Positions 28,208 to 38,092 of a DNA stretch of 64,000 nucleotides are shown here, piece after piece. This DNA is from an uncultured Candidatus Saccharibacteria bacterium (lineage in GTDB: Bacteria; Patescibacteriota; Minisyncoccia; UBA6257; UBA9933), in NCBI GenBank assembly GCA_964642155.1, contig CAZXNT010000001.1:83-64082 (forward strand), in the 5' to 3' direction. Numbering within the stretch: position 1 is the first letter of the stretch; each line of letters starts with the position of its first letter. The notes below the pieces were generated by a model. That model was not told the origin of the DNA. It saw nothing but the letters and a program-made list of their open reading frames with translations, and ran no database searches. Both the position numbers and the translations under genes were made by a program.

Positions 28208-29064
28208 AATTTGTATTTTTTGGAACACCGGAATTTGCGGCGATTATTTTAGAAAAACTTATCAAAGCCGGCTATATTCCCTCGACTGTTATTTGTAATC
28301 CCGACAAACCGGTTGGCAGGAAAAAAATAATCACGCCTCCGCCGGTAAAAACGAGAGTTATGAATTATGATTTAGGAATTAAGAATAAAATACAAATTTT
28401 ACAACCAGAAAATCTTAAATCATACATCTTAAATCTTAAATCTTTTAGGCCTGATTTTTTCGTAGTAGCGGCATATAGCCAAATAATCCCAAAAGAAATT
28501 TTGGAAATCCCGCGGTTTGGAACAATCGGCGTCCATCCCTCGCTTTTGCCCCGCTCGCGGGGCGCCACTCCTATTCAAACCGCAATCTTAAACGGCGATA
28601 AAATCACCGGAACAACGCTTTATTTAATGGACGAAAAAATTGACCACGGCGCTATTATAGCGAATTCAGAATTCAGAATTCAGAATTCAGAATGGAATTA
28701 TGAAACATTAATGCGGAAACTGGCGGAATTAAGCGCGGATTTACTAATTGAAACCCTGCCGGATATTGAAGAAAAAATAAAAAACGCGGCGGCGCAAAAC
28801 GAATCTCAATCCACTTACACCAAAAAATTCTCAACCGAAGACGCTTTTATAAAACCCGATGACTTAGAAGAAGCAAAAAATGAAGGCGGGAAAATCGCAC
28901 TTGAAATAGAAAGAAAAATCTGGGCCCTTAATCCAGAACCCGGAACTTTCACTTTTATGGATAATAAGCGTGTAAAACTTCTAGAAGCGAAAATCAGCAA
29001 TGGGAAATTAAAACTGACAAAAATCCAAGTTGAAGGCAAAAAACCAACAATATTACTATATTAA
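28204..29064 (+). CDS. fmt: Methionyl-tRNA formyltransferase
   Basis: FFGTPEFA, HPSLLPRSRGATPIQ. Confidence 0.95.
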   Translation: MKFVFFGTPEFAAIILEKLIKAGYIPSTVICNPDKPVGRKKIITPPPVKTRVMNYDLGIKNKIQILQPENLKSYILNLKSFRPDFFVVAAYSQIIPKEILEIPRFGTIGVHPSLLPRSRGATPIQTAILNGDKITGTTLYLMDEKIDHGAIIANSEFRIQNSEWNYETLMRKLAELSADLLIETLPDIEEKIKNAAAQNESQSTYTKKFSTEDAFIKPDDLEEAKNEGGKIALEIERKIWALNPEPGTFTFMDNKRVKLLEAKISNGKLKLTKIQVEGKKPTILLY

Positions 29065-29170
29065 ACGCAAGAAAAAAATTTTTCTGAAACCTAAACGGAA
29101 GCGCAACCCAGCACATAACAAGTTATGTGCTGGGTGTGAGCGGGTTGAAGAAAAATTTTTTTCTTGCGTT
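29064..29170. repeat. Nested inverted repeat filling the fmt/rpoC convergent gap
   Basis: 22-bp outer IR AACGCAAGAAAAAAATTTTTCT and 14-bp inner IR ACCCAGCACATAAC. Confidence 0.85.
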
Positions 29171-32100
29171 ATATCTCTTTCTTTATCCCTGTTCCTGCCG
29201 GAATTAATCTGCCGATAATAACGTTTTCTTTTAAGCCTTTTAGTTTATCTTCCTTACTTTCACAGGCAGCGGCAACAAGCACGCGCGCCGTTTCCTGAAA
29301 AGACGCCGCTGATAAAAAGCTGGCAGTGGTGAGAGAGACTTTTGTAATTCCCATTAAAAGCTGTTTTGCCAAAGACGGATTCTTGCCTTTCTTTTTCATT
29401 TCTCTGTTGGCCTCCATTAAAAGGCCTTTTTCCACTATTTCGCCGGGAACAAAATTCGTGTCGCCGGATTCCTTAATCATCACACGCGAAAACATTTGCT
29501 TGACGATTATTTCAAGATGCTTATCGTTGATGGCGCTTCCCTCAGAAGCGTAAATCCTTTGCACTTCGTTAATAATATAACGCTCAGTCGTTTCTTTTCC
29601 TTTAAATTTAAAAAGCTCCTGCAAATCAACGCTTCCCTCGCAAAGCTGGTCGCCGATTGAAACACTGTCTTTCGGTTTGACGAAAATCATAGCCGCCGAT
29701 GCCACCGGATATTCAACAATCTTTGATTTTTTCTTTTTATCAACGATCTTCAATAAAATCACTTTAAGATTTTTGCGCTGTTCAATATCTTCAATCACGC
29801 CATCCGCTTCCGCCAAATAAGCTTTTCCTTTTGGGATACGGACTTCAAACAATTCCTGGATTCTTTGTAAACCGTGCGTAATGTCAACACCCGCCACGCC
29901 TCCGGTATGGAATGTCCTCAAAGTAAGCTGAGTTCCCGGTTCTCCAATTGATTGAGCCGCTACCACGCCGACTGCTTCGCCGATTTCAATTGGCCGAGTT
30001 TTTGATAAATCGTATCCGTAGCATTTTGAACAAATACCCGAAGCTGCTTTACATTCCATAGGAGACCTTACTTCCACTTGATCAATTGAAGAATTTTCAA
30101 CTGCTTGAGTGGCTTGCCGGCTTATAATTTCTCCTGACTTAATCAAAACTTTATTTCCAACCTTAATGTCATTGAAGCTGGTTCTCCCAAAAATTCTCTG
30201 GCTAAAAGAAACGCCATAATCATCGCCGTCTTTGCGAACAATAGTTCTGCCCTTCGTCGTTTTGCAATCTTCTTCCCTTATTATCAAATCCTGAGAAACA
30301 TCAACTAACCGCCTGGTTAGATATCCGGCCTGAGCGGTTTTCAATGCGGTGTCGGTTAATCCTTTTCTGGCGCCGTGCGTGTTAATAAAAAATTCCAAAA
30401 CGCTTAATCCTTCTTTATAAGACGACTTGATCGGCAATTCAATCGTTTCTCCTTGCGGGTTCGCCACTAATCCTTTCATACCCATCATTTGAATCGGCTG
30501 AGACCATGAACCGCGGCTTCCAGAATCAATAATTGAATAAACCGAGCCGTTAGGGTCAAGAGTTTTCGGCACCACCTTGGCGATTTCATCCTTAGCCTTA
30601 TCCCAAGCGCTGATAATTCTCACGTGTCGTTCAAAATCGGTTAAAAGGCCCTCTTCAAATTGCTCCTTTATATTATTTACTTCTTTTTCAGCCACGCTTA
30701 CAATTTTATTTTTTTCCAAAGGAACAATTAAATCATCCATCCCCCAACTAACGCCGGAATAAGCCGAATATTTAAACCCTAATTTCTTGATTTCATCCAA
30801 AATTTTCCAGATGTCTTCCAATCCGTATTTATCTATAAGTCCTGAAAGTAATTTCCCAAGCTCTTTTTTATCCATTGTTTTATTAACAAATCCAAAATCT
30901 TCCGGAACGATTTTGTTGAAAATCAATCTGCCGACACTGGTGACTGTCAATTCTTCCGTTTCCGGCAATCTCACTTTAATCAATTCATTAATTTTAACGC
31001 TGTTGAATTCGCAAGCCATAATCGCTTCTTCCGGGCCAAAAAAAGTTTTCATCTTTTTGGTTTCTTTCTCATTCTCATCTTTTATCTTCGTCAAAAAATA
31101 ACAGCCCAAAACAATGTCTTGCGTCGGCTGAGCAACCGGATCGCCGCTCGCCGGCTTTAAAATATTACGAGAGGCAAGCATTAATTCAGAAGCTTCTTTT
31201 TGCGCTTCTTCAGAAAGCGGCAAATGAACGGCCATTTGGTCGCCGTCGAAATCAGCATTAAACGCCGCGCAAACCATCGGCGGAATTCTAATCGCCAAAT
31301 CTTCGATTAAAACGACTTTAAACGCCTGAATACCCAAACGGTGCAAAGTGGGCGCCCTATTAAGCAAAACTTTTTTATCTTTTATAACTTCTTCTAAAAT
31401 TCCCCAAATTTCCGAAGTGGCGGCATCTATTAAACGATTGGCATTTCTAATATTATAAGCCATGCCTCTTTTGATTATTTCGCTGATAATAAACGGCTTA
31501 AAAAGTTCCAAAGCCATTTTTTTTGGTAAACCGCAAGTATCAAGCGGCAATTCCGGTCCGACAACAATAACCGAACGCCCCGAATAATCAACGCGCTTTC
31601 CAAGTAAATTTTGACGAAAACGACCTTCTTTTCCCTTAAGGATATCGGCTAAAGATTTAAGTGGCCGACGCTGAGACGACATTTGTTGCTGACTGCCAAA
31701 ACGAGCGGAATTGTCAATTAAAGAATCAACGGCTTCCTGCAACATTCTTTTTTCATTAGTAACAATAATTTCCGGCGCTTTGATTTCTAAAAGTTTTTTC
31801 AAACGATTATTACGATTTATCACTCTTCTATAAAGGTCATTGAGGTCGGAAGTAGCATATCGGCCGCCGTCAAGCGCCACCATCGGTCGAAGGTCCGGGG
31901 GCAAGATAGGCAAAATAGTAAATATCAACCATTCCGGCCGCATTTTATTTTTTATAAATGAATTGATTATCTTTGACTTATAAAGAAGTTTTTTCTGGCG
32001 AATTGAATCTCTGCCACTTTCTATTTCTTTCTCTATTTTTGCCGCTTCTTTTTCCAAATTTATTTTTTCCAAAATTTTTCTGATTGTTTCCGCGCCGCTT

Positions 32101-32714
32101 CCGGCTTCAAAAACTGTAGAGAATTTTTTTGACAAACTGAAATACTCTGCTTCGTTTAAAATTTTGCCAACCGAAATTGAAGCAAGCAGATCTTTGGTTT
32201 TTTTTGCTTCTTCTTCAAATTCTTTGCTTTTTTCTTTGACAATTGTCTTTTTTCTCGCCTTAAATTCCTTGTCTATTTCTTCAAGAATTTCTTTCTTATT
32301 ATCTTCATTAACCGACATTACGATGTAAGCGGCGTAATAAATGACTCTTGCCAATTTTTGAATAGGCGCATCAATAAACAAACCGATTCTTGACGGCACG
32401 CTTTTTAAAAACCAAATGTGGGACACCGGAGCCGCTAAAACAATATGTCCCATTCTTTCACGCCGTACGGACGACTTAATAACATCAACGCCGCATTTGT
32501 CGCATTTTATCCCTTTATAGCGGATTTTTTTATATTTGCCGCAATAACATTCGTAATCTTTAGTCGGACCAAAAATGCGCTCGGAAAAAAGTCCGTCGCG
32601 TTCCGGACGCTGGGTTCTATAATTAATGGTTTCCGGTTTTATCACCTCGCCGTGCGACCATGATAAAATTTTTTCCGGAGACGCTATTTGTATTTTTAAT
32701 GATTTAAAATCCAT
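29169..32714 (-). CDS. rpoC: RNA polymerase beta' subunit
   Basis: NADFDGD, GKRVDYSGR, CYCGKY zinc finger. Confidence 0.98.
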   Translation of the reverse strand: MDFKSLKIQIASPEKILSWSHGEVIKPETINYRTQRPERDGLFSERIFGPTKDYECYCGKYKKIRYKGIKCDKCGVDVIKSSVRRERMGHIVLAAPVSHIWFLKSVPSRIGLFIDAPIQKLARVIYYAAYIVMSVNEDNKKEILEEIDKEFKARKKTIVKEKSKEFEEEAKKTKDLLASISVGKILNEAEYFSLSKKFSTVFEAGSGAETIRKILEKINLEKEAAKIEKEIESGRDSIRQKKLLYKSKIINSFIKNKMRPEWLIFTILPILPPDLRPMVALDGGRYATSDLNDLYRRVINRNNRLKKLLEIKAPEIIVTNEKRMLQEAVDSLIDNSARFGSQQQMSSQRRPLKSLADILKGKEGRFRQNLLGKRVDYSGRSVIVVGPELPLDTCGLPKKMALELFKPFIISEIIKRGMAYNIRNANRLIDAATSEIWGILEEVIKDKKVLLNRAPTLHRLGIQAFKVVLIEDLAIRIPPMVCAAFNADFDGDQMAVHLPLSEEAQKEASELMLASRNILKPASGDPVAQPTQDIVLGCYFLTKIKDENEKETKKMKTFFGPEEAIMACEFNSVKINELIKVRLPETEELTVTSVGRLIFNKIVPEDFGFVNKTMDKKELGKLLSGLIDKYGLEDIWKILDEIKKLGFKYSAYSGVSWGMDDLIVPLEKNKIVSVAEKEVNNIKEQFEEGLLTDFERHVRIISAWDKAKDEIAKVVPKTLDPNGSVYSIIDSGSRGSWSQPIQMMGMKGLVANPQGETIELPIKSSYKEGLSVLEFFINTHGARKGLTDTALKTAQAGYLTRRLVDVSQDLIIREEDCKTTKGRTIVRKDGDDYGVSFSQRIFGRTSFNDIKVGNKVLIKSGEIISRQATQAVENSSIDQVEVRSPMECKAASGICSKCYGYDLSKTRPIEIGEAVGVVAAQSIGEPGTQLTLRTFHTGGVAGVDITHGLQRIQELFEVRIPKGKAYLAEADGVIEDIEQRKNLKVILLKIVDKKKKSKIVEYPVASAAMIFVKPKDSVSIGDQLCEGSVDLQELFKFKGKETTERYIINEVQRIYASEGSAINDKHLEIIVKQMFSRVMIKESGDTNFVPGEIVEKGLLMEANREMKKKGKNPSLAKQLLMGITKVSLTTASFLSAASFQETARVLVAAACESKEDKLKGLKENVIIGRLIPAGTGIKKEI

Positions 32715-32729
32715 AACTTTGAAACTTTT

Positions 32730-35700
32730 TTACTCCTTTGGTTCTATGTCCAACCCCAGCGCTTTAATTTCATTTAATAAAACATTAAAGGCTGAAGGAG
32801 TATTCGGATTTTTAATTTTTTCATTTCTGATTATCGCTTCAAAAGTGGCGGTTCTGCCCAATACGTCATCTGATTTGATCGTTAGAATTTCTTGAAGAGT
32901 ATAAGCCGCTCCGTATCCTTCTAATGCCCAAACTTCCATTTCTCCGAATCTCTGCCCTCCAAATTGGGCTTTTCCTCCGAGCGGCTGCTGAGTAATTAAA
33001 GAATAAGGGCCGATTGACCTCATGTGAATTTTATCTTCAACCAAATGGTTAAGCTTCATTATATAAATATAACCGACTGTTACCGGAACAGGAAAAGCGT
33101 CTCCCGTCCTACCGTCAATAACTTTTAATTTCCCGTCAGTCGGAAAACCGGCTTTTTTAAGCTCATCTTTTATTTCATCTTCCGTGGCGCCGCAGAAAAT
33201 CGGCGACACCGCGCGATAACCCAATTTGCCGGCCGCCAAACCCAAATGTGTTTCCAAAATCTGCCCCAAGTTCATTCTGGAAGCGACTCCGAGCGGATTC
33301 AAAATAATATCAACCGGCGTGCCATCTTCAAGATAAGGCATATCTTCCACCGGCCTGATTTGCGAAATAACGCCTTTATTGCCGTGCCGACCGGCCAATT
33401 TATCGCCGGCTCTCACTTTTCTCAATTGCGCCACTTCCACCTGGATTCTTTTAATGATTCCCGGCTCAAGTTTATCTCCATGGTCGCGCGAAAATATTTT
33501 TACTCCAACCACTCGTCCGGATTTTCCGTGCGGCATAACCAACGAAGTGTCTTTAATATCGCGGGCTTTTTCTCCAAAAATCGCTCTTAATAATTTTTCC
33601 TCCGAAGATACTTCCGCTTCTCCCTTGGGGGAAATTTTCCCCACTAAAATATCATTTGCTTTTACTTCAGCGCCAACTCTAATAATTCCTTCTTCATCAA
33701 GGTTTTTTAATTTTTCCTCAGAAACATTGGGAATGTCGGAACTGGTCATTTCCGCACCAAGTTTTGTCTCGCGAACATCGCAATAAAAATCTTCTATATG
33801 AATGGAAGTAAATAAGTCGTCCCTCACAACTCTTTCGGAAAGAATTATGGCATCCTCAAAATTGGCTCCTTCCCATGAGATAAAAGAAACAAGAAGATTT
33901 TGTCCTAAGGCCAGCGCGCCGTTATCAATGGAAGCGCCGTCCGCCAACACGTCCCCTTTTTTCACTTTCTGCCCTTTCTCCACCAACGGTTGCTGCGAAA
34001 TACAAGTGAAATAATTTGACCTCTTAAATTTATAAAAATTATAAATTTTTTTCTTTCCAGAAGAATCTTCAACAACAATTTTATTAGCGTCAACTTCAAC
34101 AACCGCGCCATCCGTCTGGCTGATAACCGCTCTTCCCGAATCAACGGCGGCTTTTTCTTCCATACCGGTTGAAACCAAAGGAACAGACGGCTTTATGGAA
34201 GGAACCGCTTGACGTTGCATGTTTGAACCCATAAGCGCTCTGTTGGCGTCGTCATGTTCCAAGAACGGAATCAAAGCAGTGGCCATACTAGTCATTTGGT
34301 TGGGCGCCACATCAATAAAATCAACCTCTTCTTTTTGGCAAACCGTCGGCTTTCCTTTATGACGTATTTCCACAACTTCGTCTTTTATTTTATTATTTTC
34401 TATTTTAGTGCTTCCTTGAGCGATTTTATATTTTTCTTCTTCAATGGCGTCAAACCAAACAATTTCATTCTGAATTTTGCCGTTTTTAACTCTGACGTAC
34501 GGCGTTTCCAAAAAACCGAGATTATTGATTTTGGCGAAATTTGACAACCGGTTTATTAAACCGATATTTTGGCCTTCCGGAGTTTGAATCGGACAAATTC
34601 TGCCATAATGGGAAATGTGAACGTCGCGCACTTCAAAACCGGCGCGCTCTCTTGTAAGGCCACCCGGCCCCATTGAAGAAAGCAAACGCTTATGTTCAAG
34701 CTCGGCCAAGGGATTTATCTGGTCCATAAATTGGGATAATTGAGAAGTGGTGAAAAATTCCCTGACAATCGCCACTAATGGCCTGGTATTGACTATTTGA
34801 ACCGGCGTTAAAGTATTAATATCCAACGTTGACATTCTATCGGTGGCAATTCTGCGCAAACGCGCAAAACCTATGCGTAATCGGCTTTGAAGAAGTTCCC
34901 CCACTGACTTAACGCGGCGATTTCCCAAATGGTCAATATCGTCCGGCTCAGCCGCGGGATTATTATTCAGACGAATTATTTCCTTAATGATTAAAATTAT
35001 GTCATCAACGTTAAGAACGGGTTCTTTCTTTTCCTTAATATCAAGACGTTGATTGAATTTAAAGCGTCCCGGGTCAGACAAATTATATCTGTCTTTTCTC
35101 TCAAACATCGCGTCTATTAAATTTTTGGCATTTTCAAAAGTCGCCAAATCACCGGGTCTTAATCTTTTATAAACCTCGGCGTAAGAATCCTGAATTATCT
35201 TACTGCCGCTTTTTTTAACGGTAGTCTCAATGAATTTAATCTGACCGTTGTCAATGTCGGAAAAGAATTTAATAACATCATCATTATTTTCAAATTTTTT
35301 CTGTTTGGCAATTGAAGCGAATACTTTCAATAAATCCGAAGCTGCGGCTTTACGATGGCGGTCTATTTTTACTCCGATAAAACCATCGGGGTCGGTTTCA
35401 AATTCAAGCCAGCTTCCGCGATCGGGAATGACCTTGGCGCCGAAAAGTTTACGACCGCGGTAATTTTTAGCGGTAAAATAAACTCCCGGCGAACGAATAA
35501 GCTGGGAAACAACCACTCTCTCAACTCCATTAATTATAAATGTTCCGCGGGAAGTTATTATCGGAAAATCTCCGATATAAATCTCTTGCTCCTTAGTTTC
35601 TTTGGTAAAATTATTGACTAATTTAACTTTGGCTCTTAGTGGCGCTTCAAATGTTAAATCCTTGGACCAAGCCGTTTCTTCATCATACTTCGGCTCGTCA

Positions 35701-35894
35701 AAATAATAATCCATGAAATAAAGTTCCAATTCTTTGCCACTTGGATCTTTAATCGGAGAAATTTCATTAAAAAGTTCTTTGATTCCTTTTTGAACAAGCC
35801 AATCCCACGAGGAATGTTGAATTTCCGCCAAAAACGGCTGTTTAATTAAAGCGCCCGGATGAGATGAAAAAATTTTAGTTTGCAATTTAGCCAT
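32730..35894 (-). CDS. rpoB: RNA polymerase beta subunit
   Basis: GDKLAGRHGNKG, GGQRFGEME. Confidence 0.98.
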   Translation of the reverse strand: MAKLQTKIFSSHPGALIKQPFLAEIQHSSWDWLVQKGIKELFNEISPIKDPSGKELELYFMDYYFDEPKYDEETAWSKDLTFEAPLRAKVKLVNNFTKETKEQEIYIGDFPIITSRGTFIINGVERVVVSQLIRSPGVYFTAKNYRGRKLFGAKVIPDRGSWLEFETDPDGFIGVKIDRHRKAAASDLLKVFASIAKQKKFENNDDVIKFFSDIDNGQIKFIETTVKKSGSKIIQDSYAEVYKRLRPGDLATFENAKNLIDAMFERKDRYNLSDPGRFKFNQRLDIKEKKEPVLNVDDIILIIKEIIRLNNNPAAEPDDIDHLGNRRVKSVGELLQSRLRIGFARLRRIATDRMSTLDINTLTPVQIVNTRPLVAIVREFFTTSQLSQFMDQINPLAELEHKRLLSSMGPGGLTRERAGFEVRDVHISHYGRICPIQTPEGQNIGLINRLSNFAKINNLGFLETPYVRVKNGKIQNEIVWFDAIEEEKYKIAQGSTKIENNKIKDEVVEIRHKGKPTVCQKEEVDFIDVAPNQMTSMATALIPFLEHDDANRALMGSNMQRQAVPSIKPSVPLVSTGMEEKAAVDSGRAVISQTDGAVVEVDANKIVVEDSSGKKKIYNFYKFKRSNYFTCISQQPLVEKGQKVKKGDVLADGASIDNGALALGQNLLVSFISWEGANFEDAIILSERVVRDDLFTSIHIEDFYCDVRETKLGAEMTSSDIPNVSEEKLKNLDEEGIIRVGAEVKANDILVGKISPKGEAEVSSEEKLLRAIFGEKARDIKDTSLVMPHGKSGRVVGVKIFSRDHGDKLEPGIIKRIQVEVAQLRKVRAGDKLAGRHGNKGVISQIRPVEDMPYLEDGTPVDIILNPLGVASRMNLGQILETHLGLAAGKLGYRAVSPIFCGATEDEIKDELKKAGFPTDGKLKVIDGRTGDAFPVPVTVGYIYIMKLNHLVEDKIHMRSIGPYSLITQQPLGGKAQFGGQRFGEMEVWALEGYGAAYTLQEILTIKSDDVLGRTATFEAIIRNEKIKNPNTPSAFNVLLNEIKALGLDIEPKE

Positions 35895-35941
35895 AAAAAT
35901 AAAAATCCCTCCCTTCTGGTTTCGCGGGAATATGTTTTAGA

Positions 35942-37012
35942 TTATTTGTTGTTTAACAAATATTTAGCACGATTTATATTATGTTTTTCCAAATTTTCCG
36001 AAAAAATAGTTTTTTTAGTTTTGGGGTCGGAAAGGTAAAACCAGTATCCGGAATCCTTTTTTTCAATCACCGCTTTTATGGCGTCCAAACTTGGATTGGC
36101 AATCGGCGTCGGAGTCAACCCCAATCTAGTATAAGTGTTGTACGGCGAATCTTTTTTAAAATCATTTTTCACGAGCAACGGACATCCTGAAAATCTTCCG
36201 AAACATTTATTATATAAAATAGTAGCGTCAATTTGAACGGGCATTCCGATTTTCAATCTTTTCTCAATAATTCCGACCACTATCCGACGGTCATTATTAT
36301 CGGGAACTTCCTTTTCCAGATAAGACGCAATAGTTATCAATCTTAACACACCGCTGTTTTTTTTGTCAACCCCCCACATAGTTTGACTAAGCAAAGCAGC
36401 TTCCGCGCTATTCCCGATAATTGACGATAAACGAATAACCGCCATTGCCTTATTTTCAAAATTATCCAAAAATTTTTCGATTACTGAATCAATATTTGAA
36501 TCCTGGCGGAAATTATAAGTATCCGGCAATAAAAATCCCTCCAACAAAATCGCTTCGGATAAAAAATCATAACGGTTTTTTAATTCTTCAAATTTTCCGT
36601 AATTTATCAAATCGCCATCTTTGATAATATTCTCTTGCGACAACTTATCGTCAATTTCTTTAAGAGTCATTCCCGGAAAAATCAGTACTGGAATATCCCT
36701 TGGGCCGATTTTTAAAATACTGACCAATCCCGGAATTGAAACCGGAGAATTGAATTTATACCTGCCGTTCTGCAAACGATGCGCGCTGGCGCTTAAAAGC
36801 GCATAAATCTTAAAAACGGTTTTTGACCGGATAAGCCCGGACGCGTAAAGTTCATCCGTTATTTCGCTAAAACCGTCCCCCTTGGCAATATTAATAATAA
36901 CCGGCGCTTTATCCGATTTTAACGCCGGTTGTAATCCAATTATAAAAAAATTGACGCCAACGCCAATCAAAACTGCTCCAACAATAAAAATACTTATTAA
37001 AAAAGTTTTCAT
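35942..37012 (-). CDS. mltG: Endolytic transglycosylase MltG
   Basis: LEGFLLPDTY, ASYLEKE, SPYNTY, PTPIANP. Confidence 0.9.
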   Translation of the reverse strand: MKTFLISIFIVGAVLIGVGVNFFIIGLQPALKSDKAPVIINIAKGDGFSEITDELYASGLIRSKTVFKIYALLSASAHRLQNGRYKFNSPVSIPGLVSILKIGPRDIPVLIFPGMTLKEIDDKLSQENIIKDGDLINYGKFEELKNRYDFLSEAILLEGFLLPDTYNFRQDSNIDSVIEKFLDNFENKAMAVIRLSSIIGNSAEAALLSQTMWGVDKKNSGVLRLITIASYLEKEVPDNNDRRIVVGIIEKRLKIGMPVQIDATILYNKCFGRFSGCPLLVKNDFKKDSPYNTYTRLGLTPTPIANPSLDAIKAVIEKKDSGYWFYLSDPKTKKTIFSENLEKHNINRAKYLLNNK

Positions 37013-37021
37013 AATAATAGC

Positions 37022-38089
37022 TTATTTGCGGACAACGATGGATTGAATAATGCCTAAAATAATCAAATTAGTCAATAAACTGGAACCGCCATAGCTCAAA
37101 AACGGAAAAGTGACCCCAATAACCGGCATAAAACCTAAATTAGAGCCGATGTTTAAAATAAACTGGGTAATAAAAAGAATGGCCGATCCCAAGCAAATAA
37201 ACCGATTAAAATTAATTTCCGAATCAACCCCAATTCTGATTATTCTGAATATTAAAATAGTAAAAGTCGCTATCGCCAAAAAACCGCTGATTAGCCCGAA
37301 TTCTTCAATTAACGCCGCGAATATGAAATCCGTCTGGGCTTCGGGTAAAAAACCCAATTGGACCTGCGTCCCCTGCCCAAAACCTTTGCCGAAAAATCCG
37401 GCGGAACCAATAGCAATTTTTGATTGGATAACGTTGTAATTTATTCCCAGCGCGTCTCTTTCGGGAAAAAATACGCCTACAATTCTTTCTTTTTGATAAT
37501 CTTTCAAAACACTGAACCACATCGCAGTCGCGACAACAAAAAAAATCAATAAAGAAATAATTATATGTTTCGGCCGCAAACCGGAAACCAAAAGAAATCC
37601 AAACCATATAAAAAATAAAATAATGGCTGTTCCGAAATCCGGCTGAATTGCCACGAGTAAAGCCGGAATAAAAAAATAAACGAATGAAACCAATAAATTT
37701 GAAACTCTCGCTATGGAAATATGTTTTTTCTTAAAAAATCCGGCAAAAACGATAATCAGCGCGAGCTTGGCGAATTCCGAAGCCTGAAACTGGAAAGAAC
37801 CGACCATAAGCCATCCTTTAACTCCACGGACAACCGGCGCGAAAAAATAAGTGACGATTAAAAGCGCTATTATAATAAAATAAAATCCCAAAGTAATGCC
37901 GCGATAATTAATTAATGACCGCCAATCAAAAGCAATTATTAAAAAAACAAACGCGATGCCGATAAGCCAGAATAAAAGTTGTTTATAAAATAAATCCGGC
38001 TTGGCGCTCGCTAAACTTGACAGTCCGACGGCTCCCAAAAACAAAACCGCGAAATTCAATTTCCAATCCTGTTGCTTGATAATATTCAT
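37022..38089 (-). CDS. rodA: SEDS peptidoglycan polymerase RodA
   Basis: QPDFGTA, GYN-like INYNVIQSKIAIGSAG, LPEAQTDFIF, FLSYGGSS. Confidence 0.9.
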   Translation of the reverse strand: MNIIKQQDWKLNFAVLFLGAVGLSSLASAKPDLFYKQLLFWLIGIAFVFLIIAFDWRSLINYRGITLGFYFIIIALLIVTYFFAPVVRGVKGWLMVGSFQFQASEFAKLALIIVFAGFFKKKHISIARVSNLLVSFVYFFIPALLVAIQPDFGTAIILFFIWFGFLLVSGLRPKHIIISLLIFFVVATAMWFSVLKDYQKERIVGVFFPERDALGINYNVIQSKIAIGSAGFFGKGFGQGTQVQLGFLPEAQTDFIFAALIEEFGLISGFLAIATFTILIFRIIRIGVDSEINFNRFICLGSAILFITQFILNIGSNLGFMPVIGVTFPFLSYGGSSLLTNLIILGIIQSIVVRK

Positions 38090-38092
38090 GTT

